Source: Longimicrobiales bacterium (lineage in GTDB: Bacteria > Gemmatimonadota > Gemmatimonadetes > Longimicrobiales > Gaopeijiaceae). Taken from it: a stretch of DNA of 64,000 nt. Position 1 is the first letter of the stretch. Each line of letters starts with the position of its first letter. The position numbers were made by a program, and so were the translations under genes. The stretch is from the NCBI GenBank assembly GCA_965238005.1, contig OZ250165.1:3456001-3520000 (forward strand), written 5' to 3'. A model generated the notes under the pieces. It was not told the DNA's origin, searched no databases, and saw only the letters and a list, made by a program, of their open reading frames with translations. Of the stretch, positions 28,694 through 39,683 are shown piece after piece.

Positions 28694-28858
28694 TCAGGAA
28701 TCTCGCAGACGCTCTTCGATTCTGGCGAGGCGCTCCTCGATCTCGCGGAGCTGGTGGATGATCATGACGTGTGTCTTCTTGGCGTCGATTCCCACCGGGC
28801 TAGAGTCGCTGGCGATCTCTTCCTCGATGGCCCGAACCGTTTCCTCGGGGATGTTCAT
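28694..28858 (-). CDS. Small hypothetical protein (54 aa)
   Basis: MNIPEET...SPVGIDAKKTHVMIIHQL...coiled coil; AGGAG RBS. Confidence 0.65.
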   Translation of the reverse strand: MNIPEETVRAIEEEIASDSSPVGIDAKKTHVMIIHQLREIEERLARIEERLRDS

Positions 28859-29059
28859 GCATGGCTCCTGAAGGCTAGCGGTGCGTGTGATGAGGCGGGT
28901 GTCTCGTGGGGCTGCGGAACCATACACGGGAGCGCCTCGGCTGGATAGGCAGTCCGAGCGCACCGCAGGTCCCCTGGCAAAGAGGCTCCCGGCACCGAAG
29001 ATTGCCCGTGCAGTCGATTCAGCCGTGCATGCCTCGTCCGGGCCCAGGGCCGCGCGGGA

Positions 29060-30266
29060 CGAGCCTTCACGCCCGAGGACGCCCTCGACGTGCGCACGGC
29101 TCGGATTCAGGACGTCTCCGACGACGGGGCGTGGATCGCGGCCACCGTTCAGCGTCACCGGGACCGCCTCAACGTGGACCACGAGCGCTTCGGAGACCCC
29201 ACATATGTATCGCCGTCCCTGAACGAGGTGTTGGTCGTGAGCACGCGCACGGGCGAGGAGCTCTCCCTCTTCGACAGCCCGGTGGTCGAGCTGGAACGTC
29301 TCCGAGGACGGAAGCACCATCGTGTTCGCCCGGTCGGACGGCGACCGGCCGGACGAGCTCTGGGTCGCCGACCGATCGATGGCCAACCCGCGCCAGCTCA
29401 CCGATCTGAACCCAAAGCTGGACGGCGTACAGCTCACGCGGAGTGAACTCGTCAAGTACCTGGACGTGGACGGCGAGAAGCTCTACGGCATCCTCTACTA
29501 CCCCATCGACTACGAGCCCGGGAAGAAGTACCCCCTCGTGGCCGAGATCTACGAGACCTTCTTCGACAACGGCTATAACACCAACATGAATTTGTTGGCG
29601 AGTCGGGGATGGTTCGGCTTCCGCCCGCCCGTCGATCTCGAGATCGGCTACCCCGGCGAAGCGTGGCTCAAGGGCGTGACCACCGCCATCAACAAGGTCA
29701 TCGACCGGGGGCTGGTGGACGAGGATAAGCTGGGGGTCCACGGAACCAGCTACGGAGGGTACGCTACCAACCTCCTCATCACCCAGACCGACCGTTTCGC
29801 CGCCGCGGTGAACATCTCCGGGAAGGTGAACATCATCAGCCTCCTGGGAGACAGCGAGAAGATCACGACCCGTAACTACAACGCTGCCGGGGAAGGTCAG
29901 GACCGCCTCGGCGCCACGCTCTGGGAGCAGCCCCAGAAGTATGTGGAGCACTCGGCCATCATGTTCGCCGATCGCATCAACACGCCCCTGCTCATGCTCT
30001 CGGGAGAGGGTGACTGGAACGTGCCCGCCACCAATCAGCGCGAGATGTACTACGCGCTACGAAGGCTGGGTAAGAAGGTGACGTGGGTGAACTACATGCG
30101 GGCCGGCCACGGAGCCGGGCGGGCCGGCACCGTGGAGGACTTCCTCGACCACTGGAACCGCATGTTCGAGTGGTACGGCACCTACTTCGAGGAGGAAGAC
30201 GAAGGGAAGGCCACGAGGGATCCGCCCCAGGTCCGCCCGTACGAAAACCGTTGGCCCTCCCATTAG
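29060..30266 (+). pseudogene. S9 family (prolyl oligo/acylaminoacyl) peptidase with the propeller domain largely deleted
   Basis: Catalytic GTSYGG, GEGDWNV and AGHG in 29322-30266; a short N-terminal piece sits in another frame. Confidence 0.75.
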
Positions 30267-30334
30267 TTGGGCGGTATCGTGTGTAGGGCATGCAGTAGCC
30301 TGAGTCGAAGTCGTCACGCCATTCTCCCTGGGAG

Positions 30335-30529
30335 ATGCAAATGTCGGGTGCCGCGAAGCTGTTCGTCCTCCTCGCCTTCCTCGCCTTCCTCCTGGCCATC
30401 GTAGCCAGCTTCTGGATGGGTGCCATCATGGGCATCGGTGCTGAGGCGTATTCCCGAGCCTGTACCAACCTCGCGCTCATCGCCATCGCCATCGTCATGG
30501 TCTTCGAGGAAGAGGGGTCGGCCGGCTAG
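30335..30529 (+). CDS. Small two-TM membrane protein
   Basis: 64 aa, two hydrophobic helices, GGAG RBS. Confidence 0.6.
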   Translation: MQMSGAAKLFVLLAFLAFLLAIVASFWMGAIMGIGAEAYSRACTNLALIAIAIVMVFEEEGSAG

Positions 30530-30651
30530 AACCGGCGCAGATCACACTCCGGCCGAGCCCGGCGGGCTCGGCCGGGCATTTCGAGCCCGCAGCAAGCGGC
30601 CTGGCCCTCCGGGGTTCGGAGTCCGCGTCCAGAGCCCGTGTGGTGGCTTCT

Positions 30652-31506
30652 TCAAAGGCCCAGGACGTTGGTCCGGATCTTCGTGAGTCCCTGCTCCCTG
30701 GCCCACAGATCCAACTCCACGGTGGCCACCTCGTCGACGAGAGGGACGGCCGCACCCTGCTGCCGCTGGTCCACGGACTTCAGGTATCGCCGACAGGTCC
30801 GGCACTCGTCGATCCGGACGTGGGCGACCGACTCCGCCGTGTGCACGGGAAGACGGTCGGCGTTGGTCTCGCCGCACCCTGGGCAAGTGAGTCGCGGAAA
30901 GCGCCACTCGGTGGCACAGGTGGAGCAGACGAGGGTCCGGCGACCGACGGCGTCGGGGAGATCTCGGAGAACGGCTACCTGCGGCTGTCCGCCACAGGTC
31001 ATGCAGCGTCTTCCGCCTTGCTCCAGCTGTGTGGGCGGGCCATCCGAAGCCAGAGACGTGATCACGGGCTCGAGGAAGGCCCGGGCGTGGAATTCGGTGG
31101 GGTCGGGCTCGGTCTCGGCGGTCTCGCTCCGTGCCGCACCGAGGGCTGCCCGGAGCATCGTGGAGCGGTGCGCCCCGTCGGTGTCCAGAAGGGCTCGGGC
31201 GCCCTCCGTGATCACCTCGGTCCCGACGTCGGCGATCCTCGCCAGGAAGTCCTCGAACCGGGGGACGAGCTCGTCGACGGGGAGCTGATCGACGAGGAGG
31301 AGGGGGGAGGTGCCTGCGGTGCTCCGCACCAGAGGTAACCAATGCTCCACGGGCACGCGCTCCGCCACCCGCTCCTGGATCTCGATGAGCCCCACGTAGA
31401 ATCCGAGGAGCTCTTCGGCATGTGGGGCCTTGTCGAGGAGGTGGACCGCCCTGGCCCGCCGGAGCGTCCACGGGCTCACGGTGGAAGCGGAGCCGATGGC
31501 CGTCAA
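30652..31506 (-). CDS. fdhE: Formate dehydrogenase accessory protein FdhE
   Basis: CMTCG..P, CSTCATEW...R..CPGCG, CRTCRRYLK and DEVATVELDL; TTG start overlapping the upstream stop. Confidence 0.9.
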   Translation of the reverse strand: MTAIGSASTVSPWTLRRARAVHLLDKAPHAEELLGFYVGLIEIQERVAERVPVEHWLPLVRSTAGTSPLLLVDQLPVDELVPRFEDFLARIADVGTEVITEGARALLDTDGAHRSTMLRAALGAARSETAETEPDPTEFHARAFLEPVITSLASDGPPTQLEQGGRRCMTCGGQPQVAVLRDLPDAVGRRTLVCSTCATEWRFPRLTCPGCGETNADRLPVHTAESVAHVRIDECRTCRRYLKSVDQRQQGAAVPLVDEVATVELDLWAREQGLTKIRTNVLGL

Positions 31507-32138
31507 GACCCGGACTGCTCCTTCTGCCAGAGAGGGTGGTGTAGCTTGGCCCATGCGTGGGTCACCGACCCGTGGAGCATGGACCCGAGCGTTCCCGGGT
31601 AGGCCACCGTTCCGAGGTAGACGTGAACGATGAGGAGCAGCCCCCCGGCCACGGTGGTCAGGTAGTGGAGGACGCGCATCCCGTTGACCACGCCTCCGTA
31701 GAAGGGGCCGAGGCCCAGCGCGCCTCCGGGCAACCAGAGAGGGACTCCGGACACCAGATAGGAGACCCCCAGCAGCCCCATGGCCCAGAAGAAGAGCTTC
31801 TGGCCGGCGTTGTACTTGCCGGCAGGGGGGACGTTGTCCTTGTCGTGGACGGCGTAGTGGCGGATCGCCTTGAGCCACTCCCGGTCGCCGGAGTCGATCC
31901 GCATGTCGCGGGCCCAAACGAGGACCATGGCCGCGAGCGACCCGGAGAAGATGACGCCCATCCAGGGGTGGAGGATGCGAGCCGTCGGGCCGCCGCCCAC
32001 CAGAGTGGTGATCCAGAACAGCCTCGGGTGGGAGAACGCCAGGCCGGTGAACAGAAGAAAGACGAAGGAAAGGCCAACGACCCAGTGCAAGACTCGCTCA
32101 GCGTAGGTGAAGCGCTGAATCTCCCCCTGGGCGCTCAT
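31503..32138 (-). CDS. fdoI: Formate dehydrogenase gamma subunit (cytochrome b556; FdnI/FdoI)
   Basis: ERVLHW, LHPWMG, GKYNAGQKLFFW and WAKLHHPLW. Confidence 0.93.
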   Translation of the reverse strand: MSAQGEIQRFTYAERVLHWVVGLSFVFLLFTGLAFSHPRLFWITTLVGGGPTARILHPWMGVIFSGSLAAMVLVWARDMRIDSGDREWLKAIRHYAVHDKDNVPPAGKYNAGQKLFFWAMGLLGVSYLVSGVPLWLPGGALGLGPFYGGVVNGMRVLHYLTTVAGGLLLIVHVYLGTVAYPGTLGSMLHGSVTHAWAKLHHPLWQKEQSGS

Positions 32139-33130
32139 GCGTCGCCTCCCACGTCACCTCCCACGCCGCGGCCATCTCCGTGGGCACCCGCTCCGGAGCC
32201 CGACCCGACTCCCGATCCGGCCCCGGCGGGCTCGGCCGGCGGAACTCCCGGCCCGGAGTCGAGGTCGGCGTGCTCGGGCTCCGGCTCTTGAGGTCCGAAC
32301 CCGAGATAGTGAAGGGCCGTGACAAGGAGCCCGATGCCCAGTGCCGAGGCGCCGAGCTGCCTGAGCCCCACGAGGGCGGCTAGCGCGCCGGGGCTCGCCG
32401 TGGGATCCGCCGGCAGATCGTACTCGTCGAGCTGATCGCCGTGGGGCACCACGTACATCATGTGGGTCCCGCCCACACCCGCCGGATCATAGAGGGTGGC
32501 GTGCTCGAAGCCACGGGCCTGCAGCCCCTCTACCTTCTTGGCCGCCAGCGCCTGCATGTCCTCCTTGGTCCCCCAAGAGATCGCGTCGGTTGGACACGTC
32601 TTCACACACGCGGGCTCGAGGCCCGCTTCCACCCGGTCGACGCACATGTTGCACTTGTAGACCTTGCGGGTCGCCGGATTGAAGCGCGGGATGTCGAACG
32701 GGCAGCCGGACACGCACATCTGACACCCGATGCACTGATCCTGATTGAAGTCGACGATCCCGTTCTCGTACTGGACGATGGCTCCGGGGGCGGGGCACGC
32801 GTACAGGCACCCGGGCTCTTCGCAGTGGAGGCAGGCGTCCTTCTTGATGAGCCACTGGAGGTCGCCCCCCACCTCGATCTCGTTGAAGCGCATGAGGAGC
32901 CAGGTGTCGGGCGACAGGTCCCGGTGGCTCTGCATGCTGCCGAAGTTCTCCGTGGGCTCCACTCCGAGCTCGTTCCACTCCTTGCACGCCACCTCGCAGC
33001 CCTTGCAGCCGATGCAGCGCGAGATGTCCACGAGCTTCGAGTACTCGGGACCCCGCCGGATTCCCGGCGCCGGATCGGGCGATGCGGAGATCCGCTTGAT
33101 GGCGAGACCGTTTTGCGGAAGCTGGGCCAT
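32135..33130 (-). CDS. fdoH: Formate dehydrogenase beta (Fe-S) subunit (FdnH/FdoH)
   Basis: CIGCKGCEVAC, CLHCEEPGC, CIGCQMCVSGCPF and CNMC..PACVKTCP; C-terminal TM. Confidence 0.95.
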   Translation of the reverse strand: MAQLPQNGLAIKRISASPDPAPGIRRGPEYSKLVDISRCIGCKGCEVACKEWNELGVEPTENFGSMQSHRDLSPDTWLLMRFNEIEVGGDLQWLIKKDACLHCEEPGCLYACPAPGAIVQYENGIVDFNQDQCIGCQMCVSGCPFDIPRFNPATRKVYKCNMCVDRVEAGLEPACVKTCPTDAISWGTKEDMQALAAKKVEGLQARGFEHATLYDPAGVGGTHMMYVVPHGDQLDEYDLPADPTASPGALAALVGLRQLGASALGIGLLVTALHYLGFGPQEPEPEHADLDSGPGVPPAEPAGAGSGVGSGSGAGAHGDGRGVGGDVGGDA

Positions 33131-36120
33131 CACACCTTCTCCAGATTCACGAGGAAGGCCTTGAACTCGGGGCAGCTGGTGTTCGCGTCACCGACGAAGG
33201 GCGTGAGGTTGTTGGCCATGGATCCGGTGGTGATCCCCTTGAATCCCCAGTGGACCGGAATGCCGACCGTCCAGCACTTCTTGCCGTTCACGGTCAGGGG
33301 CTTGATGCGCTTGGTGACCACGGCCACCCCCTCCACCTCCCCGCGCTTGGACCACACCCGGACCCGCCCTCCGTTCTCGATCCCCTTCTCGGCGGCGAGT
33401 CCTTCGGGCACCTCGACGAAGAAGTCGGGCATGAGCTCCACGAGGTACGGAACGTGTGACGTCACGAAGTGCTCCCGCTCCACGACCCGGTAGACGGTAC
33501 AGGCGTAGGGATACCCGTCGCTAGGCTTGGCCAGCGTCTCCCGCACCCCGTCGTACCAGCGGATGAGCGGGTTGGTGGGAACCTCTTCGTGGAGGATGTT
33601 GGGGGTGGGGCTCTCGACGGGTTCGTAGTGTTCGGAGAACGGCCCGTCCACCAGGTAGGTGGTGAAAAGCCGTGCGACGCCCTCCTCGGTCATGATGAAT
33701 GCGCCCGCCTGGTCGGGCGGGGTCGTCGGGCCGTAGTCCGGCACGTCGCCGATCCACTTGCGGCCAGTCCACCGGATGCCCGAGCGGTTCGAGTCCCAGG
33801 GCACCCCGTCCCCGTCGGCCGAGGCCCGGTTGTAGAGGACCCGCCGGTTCATGGGCCAGCTGAACGCCCAGTCGTGGTGGTAGCCCATCCCGCTGGGATC
33901 GTCGGTCCCCCGGCGGGCCATCATGTTTCCTTCCTCAGTGAAGCTCCCGGTGTAGAGCCAGTTGCCCGAGCTGGTGGTGCCGTCGTCCCGGAGTTGGCCG
34001 AACGACGACAGCAGCCGGCCTGTGCTCAGGTCGTAGCCGTTGATCTCCATGGCCAGCTCCTCGAGGATGGGCTCCCGTGGGTTCAGATAGTTCCACTGGA
34101 GGTTGAGCAGGGGCTCATGGTAGGCGCCGCCCTCCTCTTCATAGAGCTCCCTCACACGCCAGAAGAGCTCCGAGAGTATCCAGGTGTCCGAGCGCACTCC
34201 GTCGGGGGCTTCGATGGCCTGTTCCTTCCACTGGGCCCATCGGCCCGAGTTGGTGAAGGAGCCGCTCCGCTCCACCCAATGCGTCGCCGGAAGGTAGAGG
34301 ACCTCGGTGTCGATCTCGCTCGGATCCACGTCCGGGGCTCGCCAGAACTCGGCCGAGTCCAGCATGAACGGATCGATGACCACCTTCCACTTCAGATTCG
34401 CCATGGCCCGGAGGAGCCGCGGGACGTCGGGCCCAGCCAGCAGCGGGTTGAAGCCCAGAGCGACCAGCCCCTCGAGGCGGCCCTGGTGGGCCTGGTCCCA
34501 CATGGAGAGCCAGGTGGCGTCGTCGGCCGGCTTGCCCAGGTAGTGGTAGCCGAACTCGTTCTGGGGTCCCACCGCGTCGCCGAACCAGGCCTTGAGCTGG
34601 GAGACCAGGAAGCGGGGGTAGTTGCCCCAGTAGTTGACGGTGTCGGGGACCAGCGGGCGTGGCGTCGACTCGCGCAGGTGCGTGGCCAGCGACGACTGGC
34701 CGGGATTGGGCACGTGCAGATAGCCGGGAAGGATGCCGGCCACGATGGCGTGGTCCGTGGCTCCCTGGACGTTGGCGTGACCCCGGAGCGCGTTGATGCC
34801 CCCACCTGGTCGGCCGATGTTGCCGAGGATGAGCTGGAGGATGGCGGCGGTGCGGATGATCTGGCTCCCCACCGTGTGCATGGTCCAGCCCACCGCGTAC
34901 ATGATGGTCCCCACCCGGTCGGCCGTCCCGGTGGAGCAGACGATGTCCGCCATGGCGAGGAACTGCTCGGCGGAGCACCCGGCGATCTGCGCCACCACCT
35001 CCGGCGTGTAGCGGCTGTAGTGGCTCTTCAGGAGCTGGAAGACGCAGCGCGGGTGCTGGAGCGTCATGTCCCGGCGCACGAAGCCGTCGGCACCGCGCTC
35101 GTACTCCCAGGCCGTCCGGTCGTAGGCACCTTGGGCCTGGTCAAAGCCCGCGAAGAGCCCGTTCTCGAAGCCGTAGCCCTCCTCGATGAGGAAGGAGGCG
35201 TTGGTGTGGAGCCGGACGTAGTCCTCGTGGAAGAGGCCCTCGTCCAGCACCTTGTGGATCATCCCACCGAGGATCGCGATGTCCGAGCCCGGACGGATCT
35301 GGAGATGGTGGTCGGCCACAGCCGACGTGCGGGTGAAGCGCGGATCTACGGTGACGAGCTTAGCGCCCCGGTCGTCTCTGGCCTCCAGTGCCCACTTGAA
35401 CCCGCAGGGATGGTTCTCCGCGGGGTTGGCCCCCATGACCAGGACCACGTCCGTGTTCTTGATGTCCTTCCAATGGTTGGTCATGGCGCCCCGACCGAAC
35501 GTTGCGGCCAAACTGGCCACTGTGGGGCTGTGTCATATTCGGGCCTGATGATCGATGTAGACCAGGCCCATGGCGCGCATGGTCTTGGTGATGAGGTAGG
35601 CGTCCTCGTTGGCCACCGTGGCGCTGCCCACCCAGCCGATGCCCTCGCAGCGGTTGACCGTCCGGCCCTGCTCGTCCCGCTCCACGAAGGTGGCGTCTCG
35701 CGAGTCCTTGAACTTCCGGGCGAACCACTCCATGGCCCAGTCCCAGGTGACCTCGGTCCACTCCGACGCTCCCGCCGCCCGATGGCGGGGCCCCTTCTCG
35801 AGCCGGGGGCTCATGGCGAGCTGCATCTGGGCTGCGCCCTTGGGACACAACGTGCCGCCGTTGATGGGGCTGTCCGGATCGCCCTCCACGTGGATGATGG
35901 AGTTCACCGTGTTCAGGCCACCGCTCCCGTGCACGTATGCGATGGCCCCGCAGCCCACCGCGCAGTACGGGCACACGGTCTTGTACTCCCGTGCGTTGGA
36001 GATCTTGAGCTCACGGGAGGCAGCGTAGGCGGGCTTCAGGTCGAAGCCCAGGGTGCTGATGAGCGTGCCCCCTCCGGCGAGGGCGGAGAACTTGAGGAGG
36101 TCTCTCCGAGAGATGTCCAT
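33130..36120 (-). CDS. fdoG: Formate dehydrogenase alpha subunit, selenocysteine-containing (FdnG/FdoG)
   Basis: Tat signal SRRDLLK; CPYCAVGC..LCPKG; in-frame TGA at 35533-35535 in HQARI-U-HSPTV; LRGHANVQG. Confidence 0.95.
35490..35532 (-). promoter_or_regulatory. SECIS-like hairpin of the FDH alpha subunit
   Basis: UGA-N12-GUGGCC-AGUUU-GGCCGC. Confidence 0.75.
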
Positions 36121-36507
36121 GGCCGGCGTCCTCCTCCCCACGTGCGTGGCGGGTCCGGGGCAGTGCTGTGGCGCTGGACTGATAATAGGGAGAGCGCGGG
36201 CCGCGCGCCAAACCTCCCGATTGGCGTTTCCCCTCCTCAAGCGTATTGTGTCCGCCGAAAACCCTCCGGCGCGACCGCCGAAGCGACCTGGAGCCCCTCA
36301 GGACGATCCTGCCGAGCTATTCGGAGCCACGCACCACGCCTGGTTCGGACGTAGGCCGGCGGGATGACCTGCGAGCCGCACACGGTGTGGGCTCTGCAAC
36401 GTCACCTAGTGCTGCACAAAGCTCTGCCCCGAGGGTATCACGATCACCGACAACGCCATCATTCCGCTCAAGGAGGGGTCGTTGTGGGACGTTCGAAGGA
36501 TTGATCT

Positions 36508-37011
36508 ATGGAATTCGAGCTGAAAGCCATCTCGCCGGACAGTATCGAGGCGGCGAAGGAGAAGGCGGTCCGATACCGGCTACTGAACGAGCCGGCCCTA
36601 GCCGAGAGTATCTGTCGCGACGTCCTGGCGGTCGCGCCCGACGATCGTGAGGCCGGGATCACCCTCCTCCTGGCCCTCACCGACCAGTTCACGTCTCCCA
36701 GGGGATCCCGGGTTCGTGAGGCGACCGAGCTCGTGGAGCACCTCGAGAGCGAGTACGACAGGCGCTACTACTCGGGCATGATCTGCGAGCGTCGAGGCCT
36801 GGCGTCCCTGACCCATGCGGGACCGGGCTCGGGGCCCATCGCCTACGACTGGCTGCGTAGGGCCATGGACCACTACGAGTCGGCCGACGACGTTGGGTCC
36901 GAAGGCAACGAGGAGGCGCTCCTGCGCTGGAACACGTGCGCCCGGGTGATCATGCGCGACCGCAACATCCGGCCTCTGCCGGATGAGCGGGTCAATACGA
37001 TGCTGGAGTAG
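36508..37011 (+). CDS. Conserved-looking helical (TPR-like) hypothetical protein
   Basis: 167 aa; [32 protein letters not shown] and LLRWNTCAR. Confidence 0.75.
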   Translation: MEFELKAISPDSIEAAKEKAVRYRLLNEPALAESICRDVLAVAPDDREAGITLLLALTDQFTSPRGSRVREATELVEHLESEYDRRYYSGMICERRGLASLTHAGPGSGPIAYDWLRRAMDHYESADDVGSEGNEEALLRWNTCARVIMRDRNIRPLPDERVNTMLE

Positions 37012-37035
37012 CGCCCTCACGAGCGCACCCGTACA

Positions 37036-37428
37036 CTACGCTTCTCCTGCGCTCAGGTGCTGTAAATCGAACACCGCAGCGGCCGCCACGCCGCCCAGGA
37101 TAGGCCCCACCAATATAGATCCACAGGCTGGCCAGGGACCCGTCACCGGCGAAGGAATCGACGAGGATCGGGCCCGTTCCCACCGCCGGATTGAAGACGC
37201 CGCCCGAAACAGGTCCTACGGCGAAGGCGCCCACCATGACCGTGAATCCGATGGCGAGACCATAGAAGGAGTTACCGGCGGTGGCGTTGTCCGTGGCCAC
37301 GTTCAGGACGACGATGGCCAAAGCCGACCCGATTGCCAGAGGAGCGAAGGGCGTCCCGTCCAGCACCGTCAGGCCGATGGTGAGTACAGAAAGAAGGTTC
37401 CGATGGCTTCGGTCAGGTAACGGCTCAT
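37036..37428 (-). pseudogene. Aquaporin (MIP family) with an internal deletion and frameshifts
   Basis: [17 protein letters not shown]...LAIGSAL joined to [26 protein letters not shown]; the first NPA half is missing. Confidence 0.8.
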
Positions 37429-37584
37429 GGTACGGATGCTCCATCCTTGAGGGGGTGTGCGAGTCTCCTCCGTCCCGGACACGGACTGCGCGGCGGGGAT
37501 CGAGTGGGCAGTTTGCGCGCCGGCCCGTTGCCCGGCAACCTTCGGCATGAAGCCATCGTCTGCAAGCCTAGCGCGGGTCTCAGC

Positions 37585-38736
37585 GTGCTCAAGTTCGGCG
37601 GCACGTCGCTCGCCGACGTCGCGCTCGTCAGGAGGGTCGCCGCCATCGTGGCGGCACAGTCTGCCAGCGGTCCCACCGTCGCGGTCGTATCCGCCTTCGG
37701 GGGTGTCACCGACGACCTGGCCGACGCCGCGGCCTGGGCCGAGCAAGGCGATGCCCGCTCCGCCGAGAAGCTGGAGCAGATCAGGGAGCGTCACCGAGAC
37801 GGCGCCGCGGAGCTGGTGTCGGAGGGCGAGCTAGTCGCCGTGACCGAGGCCGTGGAGGCGCTCCTGGACCGGCTGGAGGAGCTTCTTCAGGGCATTTCCC
37901 TCGTCAAGGAGTGCAGTCCGCGCACCAGGGACAGCGTCCTCAGCATCGGCGAGCGCCTCTCGTCGATCCTCGTGGCAGCGGCCCTCAGGGTCCAGGGGAC
38001 GGACGCCGCACCGTGCGACGCGGCGAACCTCATACTGACGGATGCGAACTTCGGGCGTGCATGGGTGGACATGGAGGCGAGCCGCTCCCGGGTACTAGAG
38101 CACTCGGTCGGGGCAGGTATTCCCGTTCTGCGGACCATCGAGGACCTGGTCTCCACCGGCGACACCATCCAGAGCATCGAGGGGGTCCTCTCAGGCACCT
38201 TGAGCTTCATCTGCGACCGCCTCATGGTGGGCACGCCCTTCAGCGCGGCCCTGCGGGAGGCCGACGAACGCGGCTTCACCGAGCCCGACCCCCGGGAAGA
38301 CCTGGGCGGCCGGGACGTGGCGCGGAAGCTCGTGATCCTGGGGCGCATGGCGGGCTTCTCGCTGGAGATGGACGACGTGGAGGTAGAGCCGCTCCTCCCG
38401 GACGCGCCGTGGGTGACGGGGCCGCTGGAGGCCTTCTGGGAGAAGCTCCCCGAGGTGGACGCGGAGTTCGACGAGCGCCGCGCGGCCGCGGTGGCCGACG
38501 ACACGGCACTCGTCTACCTGGCCTCGGTGGAGGACGGCCGAGCCACCGTGCGCATGACGGGCGTGCCGGCCGACCACGCCTGCAGCGGACTCTCCATCAG
38601 TGAGAACCTGATAGCCATCACCTCCCGCCGTTATGCGGAAACGCCGCTGGCGGTACGGGGTCCCGGCGCCGGTCCGGAGGTGACGGCGGCCGGAGTGTTC
38701 GCTGACGTCCTCCGGGCTCTGGCGGAATCGTCATGA
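37585..38736 (+). pseudogene. thrA: Bifunctional aspartokinase/homoserine dehydrogenase with an in-frame internal deletion
   Basis: VLKFGGTS, VVSAFGGVTD and SIGERLS joined at ~38106 to VGAGIPV, SGTLS, GFTEPDPREDL and GPGAGPEVTA; ~385 aa against ~810 aa typical. Confidence 0.85.
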
Positions 38737-39683
38737 GCGACGCGACCCAGGTCCGAGCCTTCGCGCCGGCCACCGTGGGAAACGTCCTGTGCGGTTTCGA
38801 CGTCTTCGGCTTGGCCCTCGAGCGCCCCGGCGACGTGGTCGAGGCCCGGCGGCGCTCCGCGCCTGGGGTGGCGATTACGGCGATCCACGGGGACGGGGGG
38901 CGGCTTCCCACCGATCCGGACCACAACGTCGTGGGCGTGGCCGCGGTAGCCGTGATCGAGGCGGCGGGATTGGAGGGGGTGGGAGTCGAGCTCGAGGTGT
39001 GGAAGGGCCTGCCCCTGGCGGGCGGGATGGGAGGCAGCGCCGCTAGCTCGGTGGCGGCCGTGGTGGCCACGAACGCCCTCCTCGGCGCCGGGCTGAGCAA
39101 GGAGGACCAGCTGCTCTGCACGCTGGAGGGGGAGCGGCGGGCCGCCGGAGTCACCCACTCGGACAACAGCGCCCCTTCCCTTCACGGAGGCATCGTCATG
39201 GTGCGGCCCGAGCGGCCCGGTGTGGCCATCCCGCTCCCCGTGCCGGACGGCCTCTCGGTAGCGCTGGTCCACCCTCCCTTGGAGCTGGAGACGGAGGCGA
39301 TGCGGCAATCTCTCCCAAAGGAGGTGCCCCTCGAGCGGGCTATAGCCCAGTGGGCCAACTGCGCCGCCCTCGTCGTTGGTCTGTACGAGGAGGACTGGGA
39401 GCTCGTGGGCCGAGCGCTGGTGGATGAGATCGCGGCGCCACACCGGACCCCCCACGTGCCCGGATTCAGTGAGGTCTGCTCCGCGGCCCTGGAGGCGGGC
39501 GCGGTGGGCGCGGGCCTGTCCGGATCCGGCCCTTCTATATTCGCGCTCGGTCGGAGCATCGGCGATGCCACCGCCGCCGCGGACGCCATGACGCACGCCT
39601 TCTCGCAGGTGGGGCTGGACGGCGCCGACCGCTATGTATCCCTGGTGGGGAGTGGTGCACGCGTCGTCGAGGACCTCCCTTGA
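38733..39683 (+). CDS. thrB: Homoserine kinase
   Basis: APATVGNVLCGFDVFG, GMGGSAAS, HSDN and LSGSGPS. Confidence 0.95.
   Translation: MSDATQVRAFAPATVGNVLCGFDVFGLALERPGDVVEARRRSAPGVAITAIHGDGGRLPTDPDHNVVGVAAVAVIEAAGLEGVGVELEVWKGLPLAGGMGGSAASSVAAVVATNALLGAGLSKEDQLLCTLEGERRAAGVTHSDNSAPSLHGGIVMVRPERPGVAIPLPVPDGLSVALVHPPLELETEAMRQSLPKEVPLERAIAQWANCAALVVGLYEEDWELVGRALVDEIAAPHRTPHVPGFSEVCSAALEAGAVGAGLSGSGPSIFALGRSIGDATAAADAMTHAFSQVGLDGADRYVSLVGSGARVVEDLP

Noticed and set aside
33469..36354. 961-aa + strand ORF and similar long antisense ORFs (19361-21151, 4375-5619, 47694-49172, 54204-55502)
   Set aside because: Shadow frames opposite well-supported genes in high-GC DNA, with no motifs.
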